The notes beneath the pieces were generated by a model that was not told the DNA's origin, made no database searches, and was given only the letters and a program-made list of their open reading frames with translations. A stretch of DNA of 64,000 bases from contig NC_068986.1 of the NCBI RefSeq assembly GCF_001194135.2, positions 3,480,781 through 3,544,780 of the forward strand. Reading direction: 5' to 3'. Positions 51,120 through 64,000 of the stretch are shown one piece after another. Both the position numbers and the translations under genes were made by a program. The stretch is from Octopus bimaculoides (Eukaryota). Positions within the stretch are counted from its first letter, which is position 1; each line of letters starts with the position of its first letter.

Positions 51120-52129
51120 TTTTGAAAATTTGGATTAACTGTTTAAATAAATGAGGTCAAAATATTAAAATTAGATGTATAACATTACAAACATCATAAT
51201 TATCAGAGGAAGAGAAAAAGCAAATCAAATTTGAAAAATTATTTCTGGATTTCAGTGTAATAAATATCTTTATAGGATAAACTTTAAAAGACAAAATCTT
51301 CACTAACATTTATTGTTCACATTAGAAATTTAATACCTTCATTGGTTTTCACAAAGAAGACCTTAATCTTCACAGACGATATATTCTCACACTCAGAGAA
51401 CTCACAAATACATCTAATTATGGAGGACTACTGGTTTTAAAGAACTACAGAAATTCTAGATTCATAATGCAGAAATTATCTAAATAGTCTACAGCAGTAA
51501 TATTTTACTCTTTCAGCTTATACATTAGAAGGCTAATAAAAAGCAGAAAGCAAAACTAAAAAGAATAAAAGACATTCCTCAAAATTGAAAGAAAAATAAT
51601 TAGCATTAATAATTATTGTGAAAGGCAAAGGAAACAACTATGAAAAAAAAAAAAAAAAAAAAAAAAAAAATTCAAATTAAAAATTGAATGAGAATATAGT
51701 GTGAAGTAACTTTTGGTAAATAGGATAACTTTAAACTTGCTTCACTTCTATTAGAATTCCTCAATAAAACAGAGTTTTACTTGAAAAGTCTTCACTTAAC
51801 CCAACACTGCAGCTTAGTCAAAGAGACTAAGCTATTAAGACAGGTTTCAAATGATGACCACAGCAGTTCACCATCACAGGGGCATTTGCAGATGGACCCC
51901 CTAACAAACTGAACTTGTGCCAAACACAAACACACAAGCACTCCAATTTGGCTAAACATTTCCTAGGACAAAGCAGTCAGGTAGCAGTACACTGCTGAAA
52001 CAATATAGGCATTAGCCACTTCTACCAAGCCTTTCAAAGACAGCTTCCTATCAGCCCATCTCTAGATGAGACTGGCCAACCTGCTCGCAACTTCTTCCCA
52101 CATTTTTTCTCTCCTGAAAACCCAGCCTG

Positions 52130-52735
52130 AACCAGATGCCAAACACCTTAACTAGATTCTCTGTTGAGTAACAGAAACCATGCACACATATTTGTTTCTA
52201 CAGATGTTAAGTGGCAAGATATCAATATTAGGAAAAGCTATATCAAACATGCAAATTGGTGAGCAACCAGAAACATTACCAATGTTCTACATGGCAGAAG
52301 GCAAAAGACTGTGGCCAGGAACAGCCAATTGTATTGTGGAAACATGGTCTACTGAATGGAATGGAAGACTGGGAACACTCAGCAAACCTTCCAGAATGGA
52401 AAATTTGCCAAGAGTGGTAATTGACTAGATATTGTACTCCAATCATTTTCATCAAAACACATGATTCTGATGGAAATCACTGTGCCGTTTGAAAGCAGAC
52501 TGAAGGAAGCTGACATCTGTGTGACTGAGAAATATGACAGTTTAGACATGAAACTGAGACATTTTCACATCTAAGCCAAATTCTTCACTACAAAGAAGTT
52601 TTGGGGCAAATCTGCCAACAATCTTTGAAATGGTCCACAATTTCCAGGAAAAAAGAGCCAGAGCTCTTAAGGCAATAGTAAAAGCAGCTGAAAAGAGTTC
52701 CAACTGGATTTAGTCAATGAAGAATGAAAATGATT
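52130..52735 (+). mobile_element. RLE-type non-LTR retrotransposon relic (HERO-like)
   Basis: DIVLQSFSSKHMILMEITVPFESRLKEADICVTEKYDSL (52428 on) and ALKAIVKAAEKSSNWI; stops and frameshifts. Confidence 0.65.
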
Positions 52736-55700
52736 TTTCTGAATGAATAATCCACCTTATATTCAACTGGTGACTCTGACCAAAGTGATTGTAACATCCA
52801 AGGTACCATGACTCTGGAGCACCTTAACTATCCAGGTAGGTATAGTTTACAATGCAAACAGTCCTACAAAATGTAACAGCAGAAGGATACCCAGGAATCA
52901 TGACCAAGATGCAGCCCAACTCCCTTAGAATGTAAGGAGTCGAGGGCCAGAAGACTTGCATGAGGGTGGAGGTTCTCTGAAGAACCTGCTACTGCTCAGC
53001 TCTCTCTAAAGTTTCTCACTCCCACCAATCAATACTGGAAGAATGAAAAGCAAAGTTGACCATTGTAGGATTTGAACTAAGAGTAAAGGATCCAAGAGAA
53101 ATATCACAAGGTGTGCCAACAATTCAGCCAATCTCCACCCTTACAAGAATGACAATTTTGGAAATAGAGGATGACAACAATGGCACCAGCTTCATTCATC
53201 ACCACCAGAGTTGCAATGAACAATTATAATAGACCAAAAAAGAATAAGAATACTTGCTTGACAAAATGATTATAGTATGTCCTAATGACTGCTTCACTTT
53301 GGATTAGTTACTAGGTTTTGCTTTACTCAAATCACAACCAACAATCCTAACAGACCAAAACAACAAGAATCCCTACCGATTTTAATAACTACAATATGTA
53401 CTAATGAGAAACAACAACTACTACTTTTTGCTATAATTCCTGTTGTTAATTACTTGGTTTCATTGTACCAACCAGTTACAAACTAACTCTTGATATTTCT
53501 TCTAAATGTTCTTTGTTTGCTGAGCAGTGAATATAATGCTAAGTATTCTATAATTGTTATGTCATTAAGATAATTACTAAAAGGAGAATATTGCAAGATA
53601 GCAAGAGTTCGTTCACAGCAATGCCTGCCGTTTAAAAAAAAGTGAATGAAACGACTGTTAGTCAAAAACTTCTGTAATGTTAGAATATATCTTTGATTAG
53701 TTATACTCTCCTTAAAACTATAAGACTTCCAGAGTGATACAACTTACAAATGTTGACATGCATCCTTTTTGAATGAATAAATGAATTTAAAATGAATACA
53801 TAGGAAAACGATGAACTCTTACATTAAATGTAACAATTTTTAACCTTTTAAGTCAATTATTACTACTTTCACAAGTCCAGATCCTACAAGCAACCTAAAA
53901 ACAATATGGTAGTCATAAGAGTAATTAGAACCAGAATGCTTCCTCTGTTTTCGGCAGCAAATTACAGTACAAAACAGTTTCTAACAATTTAATGAAGAAC
54001 CAAGCATTTTTCTCACAAAAACCAAATTTTAAAGTTTTTTTGTTTTTTTTGCAACACTAACCTAGCTTGGTGCATTTAAATCTATCCAATAGATTTCTAT
54101 ATAGCAATCACTAAGTTTTCTAAATCCAATTTCACATTATCCTGCTTAGCAGTCAATAATCCCCATGCAACCTTTATGATAAATATTCAATTTTTTTCTG
54201 AAATTATGTCACTATAATATGCTTACTAACTTAATAAGATCTTGTTACAAAGGAAAAAAAAAACTTTCACAGCATGCTTAATATCTGAAGAAAACTTTAA
54301 AAGAACTATTTGGCATAAAAATTTTGGTTTTTTCACTGAATAAAAAAACATGCAAAAATGGATACTAACAATATTTTTGATATATCAAATCAAAGTATTT
54401 AAATTTATGGGAATTTTAATTTGACGAAAGATAAATAGTTTAACGAGTTTATGTTATTACTTGGGGAGAAGGGTTGATATAATCGATTAATCTCTTCCCC
54501 TCAAAACTTCTGGCTTTGTACCTACATTAGAAATATGTGGTTGATGATTGGCAGAATGCTTTGCAATATTTCTTTGTGGTTGCTGGACTGGCAAAATCAA
54601 ATGAGCATTGAAGAAAATGCTTTGCAATAATCCAGTTCACTACATTCTAAGTTCAACTCCTACCGAGGTCGACTTTGCCTTTTATAATCCACCCAATGTC
54701 AATTAAAAAAAAAAAAAGGTACCAATCTATTTATGGGATCAATGTAATCGACTACCACTGCCCCTCAAAATTCCTGTCCCTGAGTCTAAATTAGAAATAG
54801 CAATTATGACAGTGAGTAGGTAGAATCATTAAAGCAATGGAAAAAAAAAAGTCTTGTGGTATTTATTCCAGCTCATTACATTCTAGGTTCAAATCCTGCA
54901 GAGACCAACTAAGCCTTTCATCTTTTCAGGGTTGATAAAAAGTACAAATTAATTTACTTAAGTTGATATAAAAAAAACTAACACTGTCCTCTTAAAAACT
55001 GTTGGTCCTCTGCCTAAATCAGAAACCATCATCATCATAACACTTAAAATATCACTGGAAAATTTGTTTTGGCAAAATAAACAATAGATGCTTTCAAACA
55101 AAAGCATACCACATGATTATAAATATATACTTTTTTAAAATATTTGCTTAGACAGTATTTAGAAAAATCTAAAATGACAAGCATAATTCTCTATTTGACT
55201 ACAAATACATGGAAACACAAAGAAAAAAAACATGAGCAACAGATTACAATACTACTTTAATTTTAATATGAAAGAATGACAATTCTAAAATAATACAATA
55301 AAGAGGGAAAATAAGAGCTATTTAAGAGGGTTATAATCAAGTGTTTAACTTGTTTATGATAGTCCTTAAGTGTTTAACTAAGTGCAGTGGTAAAATGAGG
55401 ATGAATATCAACATTTGTAAGTTGTACTGCTCTTGAAATCTATAATTTCAAGAATATGACTAACCAAAGACACATTCCAACATTGCAGAAGCTTCTGGCT
55501 AACAGTTGTTTCATCCACTTTTTTTAAGTGACAAGCATTGCTGTAAATGAATTCTTGTGATCTCACATTTCATTTTTAGTAATTATCTTAACGACATATA
55601 ACAATTCTAGAATATCGAGGACTACATTCAATTCACTTCACAGCAAATCAATGTAATCGACTTGCACCACCCCCAAAATTTCAGGCCTTGTGCCTATAGT

Positions 55701-56269
55701 AAAAAGGATTCATCATCATCGTTTAATGTCTGCTTTCCATGCTGGCATGGGTTGGACGGTTTATTATTATTATTATTATTATTAATATTATTTAAGGTGG
55801 TGAGCTGGCAGAACCATTAGCACACTGGATGAAAAGCTTAGCAGTATTTCACCCATCGCTACATTCTGAGTTCAAATTCCACCAATGTCAACTTTGTCTT
55901 TCATCCTTTCGGGGTCGATATAATCAACTCATCCCCTTCCCCAAAATGGCTGCCCTTGTAACAAAATTTGAAACCATTATTATTTGACCTGTTGTATGCT
56001 ATAAAATCAAAAAGACTGAGAACCATTGTTCAAAGCTATGAACCTAGATTTAAAACCTTTCTATGAATACATTTCATAAAGAAGATCTAAATTACATTTA
56101 GCTCAAAAGAACCATCTGGAGAGATTCACAAACGAATGAAAATAGATTTTCTTTTTGTGCAGTTAGAGAAAAAAAAAATATCTGAAGAAAACTAGAAGCA
56201 AAACTTTAGAAAATATTACAATGACACACAGCAGAATGAAATAAAAAGAACAGTACATATGTTTCCACA

Positions 56270-57824
56270 AGCGATTCTTTCATCTCCACCTCCTCCAAAA
56301 CTTTATGGCCTACTGCAAACACTCAGGTCAGGGTCATAAAGCCTTTACACCGCTGTCCTTCACAAAATACCCTACAAAATGGATGTGCTTTCCAAGTATG
56401 TGGCTGAAAACGAGTCAAAATTACTTCCGACCCAATTGCATGCCTACAAAACTATTGTTAACAGTGTATGGTGCTGCGAGGGAGGTATCTTCTTCGTGGG
56501 TGCTTCTGGAGGGACAGGAAAAACATTTGTTACAAAGCTCCTCCTTGTATAAGTTAGGCAGCACCAGAATATCGCGGTAGCTGTGACTTCCTTTGGGATT
56601 GCAGCTACTTTGTTGCCAGGTGGCAAGACAGCACACTTGACTTTTTAAGCTACCTCTCAATTTAGCAGCAGCCAAGACGCCTTCATGCAACAGAGGCAGG
56701 TCCTTAGGTTTTATTTCATCAAATGAATGAATGCACCATGGCTCACAAGGGAGCTCTAGAAGCATTAGATACATCCTTTAAAGACATCAAGACTGTCTGA
56801 CTCCAATGGGAGGTGTAATGTTTCTGTTGTCAGGCGATTTCAGGCAGACCCTTCCTGTCATTCCCAAAGGCACCAGAACAGATGAGGTCCAAGCGTGCCT
56901 GAAGTCCTCTCCCCTGTGGCGTCAGGTTATGATCCTGACTCTTACCACTAACACAAGATCTCAACTACATGGCAACCAAATGTCCGCAAAGTTTGCACAG
57001 GACATTTTGACACTTGGCGATGGCAAGGTATTTCTTGATGCTGCAGGAGAAATGGAAGTATGGCCATTTTCTACTATTGATCATTCTGTAGATGACCTCA
57101 AAGACAAAGTGTTTCCCAACTTGACAGAAAATTACCAAAACCACAATTGGCTGTGTAACAGAGCAATACTGGCTCCAAAAAAACGGCACTGTTAATAAAC
57201 TTAAACAGCTCATGCATTCTCTTCCTGGCAGTCTTCACATTTACAAGTCTCTTGATACAATTCCAGATCAAAATAAAGTGAACTATCCTCCAGAATTTCT
57301 CAATTTCTTGGAGCCTCCCAGACTACCTCCCCACATATTATGACAAAATTGGAACTCCTGTAATGTTGCTCTGAAATCTGGAACTGCCATGACTTTGCAA
57401 TGGGACACGACTCATGATAAAGAAAATGATGTCACATGTTATTGAGGCTATCATTCTTTCTGGATGTGGAAAAGTGATGACGTTTTCATTCCAAGAATTC
57501 CTCTTACCCCATCAGGAGCAGAAATTCCATTTTCATTCAGAAGACTGCAATTCCCCCTTTGTCTCAGTTTTGCGACGTCAATTAATAAATCCCAGGGTCA
57601 GGCCCAGTCTGTGGCCGGCCTTTTCTTAGAAGAGTCCTGTTTTTCGAACGGAAAATTGGATGTTGGCTGCTCAAGAGTTGGAGGCAAAACAAACCTCTCT
57701 GTTATACGCTTGAGAAGGAAAAAACGAGGAACATTGTTTACAACGAGGTGTTATAATCACAACAGCAACAAGGTAGGTACGTGATCACCTTTTCTTTACC
57801 AAACCTGATGTACTTTTATGTATG

Positions 57825-57866
<42 letters not shown>

Positions 57867-58194
57867 GAAATTTATAATAATTATTGTGGCATTTACCGTT
57901 AAATTACCAGTTCATACATGAGCTTCTATTTCATTAATTGATTAAAACAATATAACATTTTATAGAGATAAGCTTTCTATAAAAAAATATAGGACAATGA
58001 TGACAACATCACATTTTCTATATGAGTGTGTATGTGTGTGAGTGTATGAATGTGTATGTCAGTGTGTGTGTGTTTCTGCATTCAACGACAATGTCAAATT
58101 TTGTGTATGAGTGTATGTGTGAGAGTTTTTCAGTGTGTAAATATGTTACATAAACATATCTCTATACTCAACTATAGTACAAGACATTTTATAT

Positions 58195-58234
<40 letters not shown>

Positions 58235-60255
58235 GCACGTTCAATACCTACGAGATAGTAAAGGACATTTAATACCACAGTGACGTCACATTTTGTACAT
58301 GAGTGCATGTCTGTGTGACTGTTTCCGTGTTAGGTATATTATTACATACACACACATCTACAGATACATACGTGATGACTGACATGTGTGAATATATGTC
58401 TATGTGTCTCAGGTGATACATAAAGGAGCCCTACCCAATGACTAGTATAGCAGCACCACATAGTCAGCTGCTACAAAGGTAAAGGTGATGCATTAGATAG
58501 AAATAATTACAGAGGTATGAAGCTGTTGGATCAGGAAATGAAAGTCACAAGATGTACCCGGTGTAAGCTATGGACACACAAGAAGTGCAGCAATATCAAA
58601 GGAAGGCTAACTGGGAAGATAGTTTTTGTATGTGCAAGATGCTCAGGAGCAATAAACATTGAAAATGTGCAGAGAACAACTTCCGTCACATTTCAGAGAG
58701 AAAAACTACAAGTGGTTGATAGCTTCCGTTACCTAAGTGACCAAGTAAGTAGCTGGGGTGGTTGCTCTGAGAGTGTAGCTGCTAGAATAATAGGGTGGGC
58801 AAAGGAACTCTGGCTCAGAGTAAAAGGCAGACTGTATGACGCATGTATGTGAACAGTCATGCTACATAGCAGTGAAACATGGGCCGTAACTGCTGAAGAC
58901 ATGCATAAGCTTACAAGGAATGAAGCTAGTATGCTCCACTGGATGTATAATGTCAGTGTGCATGCACAACAGAGTGTAAGTGCCCTGAGAGAAAAGTTGG
59001 ACATAAGAAGCATCAGATGTGTGCAAGAGAGACAACTGCGCTGGTATGGTCATGTGTTGTGTATGGATGAGGACAGTTGTGTGAGAAAGTGTAACACCCT
59101 AGCAGTAGAGGGAACCTGTGGAAGAGGTAGACCCAGGAAAACCTGGGATGAGGTGTTGAAGCACGACCTTCAAATGTTGGGCTTCACCAAGGTGATGACA
59201 AGTGATTGAGACCTTTGGAGATATGCTGTGTTTGAGAAGACCCAGCAAGCAAGTGAGACCATAACCGTGGCCTATGTCAGTGCAGCATAACCAGCCCATT
59301 CAAGAGTACCCTTCAATCATTGGGCAATACACTGCGCTTGCAAGGTTCTGTTGAGGCAAGTGATGTCACCATCATGGCTGATGACAGCTCCGCCTGATTG
59401 GCACATAAAAAGCACCATTTGAGCGTGGTTGATGCCAGTGCTGCCTGGCTGGTCTCGTGCCAGTGCCGCCTGACTGGCTCCTGTGCTGGTGGCACATAAA
59501 AAGCACCATTCGAGCGTGGCCAATGCCAGTACCACTTGACTGGCCCTCATGCCGGTGGCACATAAAAAGCACCCACTACACTCTCAGAGTGGTTGGCGTT
59601 AGGAAGGGCATCCAACTGTAGAAACATTGCCAGATCAGATTGGAGCCTGGTGCAGCCTTCTGGCTCGCCAGCCCTCAGTCAAATCGTCCAACCCATGCCA
59701 GTATGGAAAGCAGATGTTAAACGACAATGATGATGATGGGCCCAAAAAATTTTCAACTTCTTGCCTAATGCAGGCCCAGAGCAATTTCTGTATTACATGT
59801 CAAAAGTGAAACAATAACGTCTCTATTGTGAAATAATATTGTTTCACCTTTATTCCTCCAGTTTTAATTTCTAATGTGATAAGACTATAATAGTCTATCA
59901 CTTTTATTCGTTCACTTTCGATTTTAATGTAATAACACTAGGATCATCTTATTTTACACATTTACCATTCGATTACCAGGTAATAATTATCGTAACAGTT
60001 ACAATGTTGCAAGCTATTTACAGTAACATATTAACCCTTCAATTAACATTTAATACATGTACTTAATCTTTAATGGTTCGGCAAAAGACACCGATACAAT
60101 AAGTACTAGACTTACAAAGAATAAATCCTGATGTTGATTTGTTTGATTAAAGGCGGTGCTCCAGCATGTCAGCAGTCACATGACTGAAACAAGTAAAAGA
60201 GTTTTTAAAAAAACGTGCTATCCTAATCCTGAGCAACGTCAGGTGTCTCAGCTAG
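56270..60255 (+). mobile_element. Helitron (PIF1-like helicase pseudogene plus 3' end) with nested insertions
   Basis: Walker A GASGGTGKTF, GGKTAH, LLSGDFRQTLPVIPKG, LKSSPLW, RAILAPK, RRLQFPLCLSFATSINKSQGQ; 3' hairpin CCTGA-GCAACG-TCAGG then CTAG|T. Confidence 0.85.
58405..59718 (+). mobile_element. RTE LINE with RT core deleted, nested in the Helitron
   Basis: NYRGMKLLDQEMKV fused to RCTRCKLWTHKKC.., VVDSFRYL, LRWYGHV, GRGRPRKTWDEVLKHDL, 3' UTR, GATGATGAT tail. Confidence 0.92.
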
Positions 60256-61189
60256 TAGAAGATAAATGAATAGAAAAAATAAGGCAGAAACTAAACCAGC
60301 TGTTACATTATTTTTTATAGCAGTTTATGAAGTATCTAAAACTAGTGACTAGCAGAACTTAAAATAGAAAGAAATCTGAAGTGGTATAGTTCTAAGGGTA
60401 ACTTGGAAAAATTAATAGAAAAGGGTGATGGGTCAGAATATTTGGAAGAAAATTATTTAAGCAGGATCCAAGTCATAACCAGCATAGGAGGAGAATGAAG
60501 TATTATTTGAAAATGATGTAATCTGCTGACATTAGAATCTATATTTGCAATATTCAAACAGAAGCAAACATAAAAATTGAACAGTTCATCATTTTGGCAA
60601 AATAAAACCAACTAAAAAGTAATTTTAATAATTTCTAAATCTAAGGCAGTGAGCTGGCAGAATCATTAATGTGATGGGCCAATTGCTTACCAGCATTTCA
60701 TTCATCTTGAACATTCTGAGTTGAACTTTGCCTTTCATCCTTTCAGGGTTGATAAAATAAGTAGAGGTTGAGCATTGGATTGATGTAATCAATTTACTTC
60801 CTCACCCAGAAATTACTGGCCTTGTGCCAAAATTTGAAACCAATAATAAGTAAATCTAATTCCAAACTAATTAGTCAAAAAAATTTTAATTACTACATAA
60901 CATTACAAATTGCCTTGAAGTAAAAAAAATGAACTATTCTGAAGATGGGAAAGCTGTATCATTCATTTAAAAGGAAAATAACCAAATAAATGAGATTTTT
61001 CATTTATATATATATGCAGAATTAGCTTAAGATCAATTTTAATCTATTAAGTTTAATCTATTCTAAACAGAAACCACACGGAAGATATTTGAAAAGCAAA
61101 TATTCTAAATCTTTTCAAATGATTTACAAAGAAACTGTTGACCAACTAATTAAAACTGTTCAATGTGAACTACTGCGAAACTGAATACA

Positions 61190-61570
61190 CTATAAAAAGC
61201 AATGTTATTGCCACAAGACTTTCTTAGGTGAATTGCCTACCTATGGCACCTTGTGGGTTAACTGCAGCATGCCTCAGGAATTAATTACACAACCCACACT
61301 CTTCCTTACACTAACAACCTGTCCATCAATACACTCACTCCAACAGACAACTTTCACTCTCATTTTAACTCTGAGGCCCACAATTGAGTATTGCCTTGGT
61401 GTAGTGCTGTCGGTGAAGCTGCTACTGCACAGATATCCTAGACCATATATAAGAAAGGGCTAGCCACTCGTATGTTCCAGCCTCTGGTCTACAAGAGCAC
61501 TATTTCATCTGACCTTTCAAACATTACTATAACGGCCTCGGATTCTTGGAGCTGGTTGGGCTGATGCCAC
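61190..61570 (+). mobile_element. Decayed CR1-group LINE relic
   Basis: FKHYYNGLGFLELVGLMP resembles the CR1-group ORF2 C-terminus; a similar relic lies on minus near 48690-48960. Confidence 0.4.
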
Positions 61571-61727
61571 TTGTCACTCTTGTTATGTCAAACCCCCTCC
61601 CCTAGGCCACCATGCTAATCACTATGCTCAGCCCTTCCTTCCCATAAGTCAGTCCCCTAGAATTCCATCCTCCTGCTTATGCCTTTTCCACAGTGCTAAC
61701 TTACAAATGGTTCAAGGGGAACATTAA

Positions 61728-61900
61728 CCTTTAGCATACATTTTCTCTATGTTCAAACCAGCATCTGGTTTCTCACACCCACCCTACTATGGCATTCTAA
61801 AAATAAACAACCACCTCACTGAAATATCAAATGCATGATTAATTCAACACAATGTGAATGAATAAGCATTACATTTGGCAGTAATCTGAATGATAAAGGG
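61728..61900 (-). mobile_element. piggyBac-type MITE family A
   Basis: Reverse complement of the family A body; TTAA on the left. Confidence 0.7.
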
Positions 61901-64000
61901 ATATACACATATATATATATATATTCTACACAGAAACTGAAAAAAAAAAAAAAATCCAGTGATTCTGATTTAAGTAGTTGACACATTTATGCTAAATGCT
62001 ATCTATTGAGAATGTAACACGTGTCTCAGCATTGTACTGTCTCTCTATTGATAAACTGACATTAGTTATCTGTATAATTTATCTTGTTATAACAAAATGA
62101 TTTTAATACAAAAACATTTTATGCTTTGTAATGGATGTCAAATCAGAATCTTGTTTAATTCAACAAATTAATTTTATTAACTTTTTCTTCTCAGCTATAA
62201 AGTCACTTTATGTATAAATTTTTATTTATTTTTATTTTTTTTAAAGAATCAAAATTATGCTAATCATAACTTATTATGATAAGGAATCACACACACAAGG
62301 TGGAAAAGTGTTTTGAAATATACATGGTTAAAATTTTTGAGAAGTAATCCAACTGAAACTCGAGGTTTAATGCAGACTACAAAAGACACTAAAGTATTCC
62401 ATATAAAGAGATTATAGTCACATTGTTAGGAAGAGGATTAAAGGGTATTTAAGTACAGGATATTAAAAAAAAGAAAAAGTGTGCATACATATTGATGATG
62501 ATATATATATATATATATACACGCACACATACACACATCATGTGGTCAAAACCAGAACAGAATCTGTATGGGCAATTAGTTTTAGTTTACACCAAGCCTA
62601 AAACAATGATAATGGACTCATTTTAAGCTAATATCTATTGTTGGAAACAAACTTTTCATTCTTAATTTGATCAGAAATTTCTGTCTTTTAGTTCTAGTTC
62701 CAGAGACAATTTACTTGTATTGAAAAGTAGCAAGCCGGCAGAATTGTTAGAAATGCTTCGCGGTATTTTGTCTGTCTTTACATTCTGAGTTCAAATTCCG
62801 CTGAGGTCGACTTTGTCTTTCAACCTTTTGGAGTCGATAAATTAAGTACCAGTTGCATAATGGGGTCAATCTAATTTCAGACCTTGTATTGAATTACATT
62901 CCATGTCATTATACTAAGATTACTGCAGATAAGTGGAAGTACTTTTTAAAAAACTCACTCAACTCTTGTAAACAAAGTGGCGTCAGATTGATAGACAAAA
63001 AGAAATAGCTACTTCAGAGCTTCTTTATTACAAATATTAAATTTCTTTATAAGCAACAAATTAAACATTTTCACATTCGTAAGTTCAATCTAGATATTTC
63101 TATCATTTTCCCTTCAAAATCTTTTAAATAATCTATTTAATGGAAATTTTATTTAAGAAAAAAAAATTAGAATTAGGAATGGCTGTGTCGTAAGAAGTTT
63201 GCTTCATAGCCATATAGTTCTGGGTTCAGTCCCACAGCAAGGACCTTGGGTAAGTGTTTTCTACAATAGTCACAAACCGACCAAAGCTTTACGAGTAGAT
63301 TTGGTAGACAGAAACTGAAAAAAGCCTTGTTGTATGTGTGTGTGTGTGTGTGTGCACACAACATCACCACTTGATAATCGTTGTTAGTATGTTTATGCTC
63401 CCATAACTTAACAGTTCAGCAAAAGAGACCAATAAAATAAGTACCAGCCTTAAAAAAAAAAAAAAAATTCAAGTCTTGGAGTCAATTCATTCAACTAAAA
63501 TTCTTCGAGGAGTTCTCTAGAATGGCCATAGTCAAAGGACTGAAACAAGTAAAAGATATAAAAATATGCCAACTCGTTATGGCTTCCTCGTGGAAATTTA
63601 TTTGCTGTCAACAAAAAAGATCAATAACTTATTGATCCCCATTCTTGAAATTGACAGAATTTTCACACACACACAAAGAAAAAGAAAATAAAAACGTAGC
63701 AAAACTAAGCAAACAAGAAAAGTCACATATTAATAAAAAAAAAAAAATTTTTTAATTCAATTTCCACCACCACCAAGTATAGAAAATAATACACCGACAT
63801 ACTTGAACTATGTACTTTCAGAAAATATCTATTCTAAATAAATATTTATACTTAAGTTTGCCAAACATAATAGAAAGGAAAATAAGAATAAATCAGTTAA
63901 AAGCATTGGTTGGGTAGGAAGCCTGTTGTAAACTGAAATCCACCCCTCATCTGTCTGTCCTACTCTTTCTCTCTTTTTTTTTTGACATATTAAACAGATC

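Noticed and set aside
62950-63000. Candidate 5' UTR exon of Lifeguard (GTGAGT donor near 62959)
   Set aside because: Donor motif only; cannot be distinguished from chance without transcript data.

Overview
AT-rich, repeat-dense animal genomic DNA from a short-read assembly, with five N-gaps (three flanked by (TA)n). The SINE and RTE repeat families look like those of octopus; this is an inference from recognition, not a search. I assembled two multi-exon genes by hand, both on the minus strand with GT-AG junctions and continuous frame. (1) CWF19L2, a spliceosome-associated CWF19-like protein: 17 coding exons from the ATG at 30674 down to 3432 (823 codons); the last exon lies beyond the left edge. 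(2) A complete 238-aa Lifeguard/TMBIM (GRINA/FAIM2-type) gene: 10 coding exons, 51119 to 38484. Introns and intergenic DNA hold RTE LINE fragments, tRNA-derived SINEs, Tc1/mariner, hAT and piggyBac MITEs, two Helitrons and an RLE-type (HERO-like) retrotransposon relic. The most unusual signal is a ~420-bp foldback element in CWF19L2 intron 5 (21602-22021). It has 133-bp inverted arms around a minimal, slightly degenerate type-I hammerhead ribozyme motif on the same strand as the pre-mRNA, as seen in Penelope-like elements and retrozymes.
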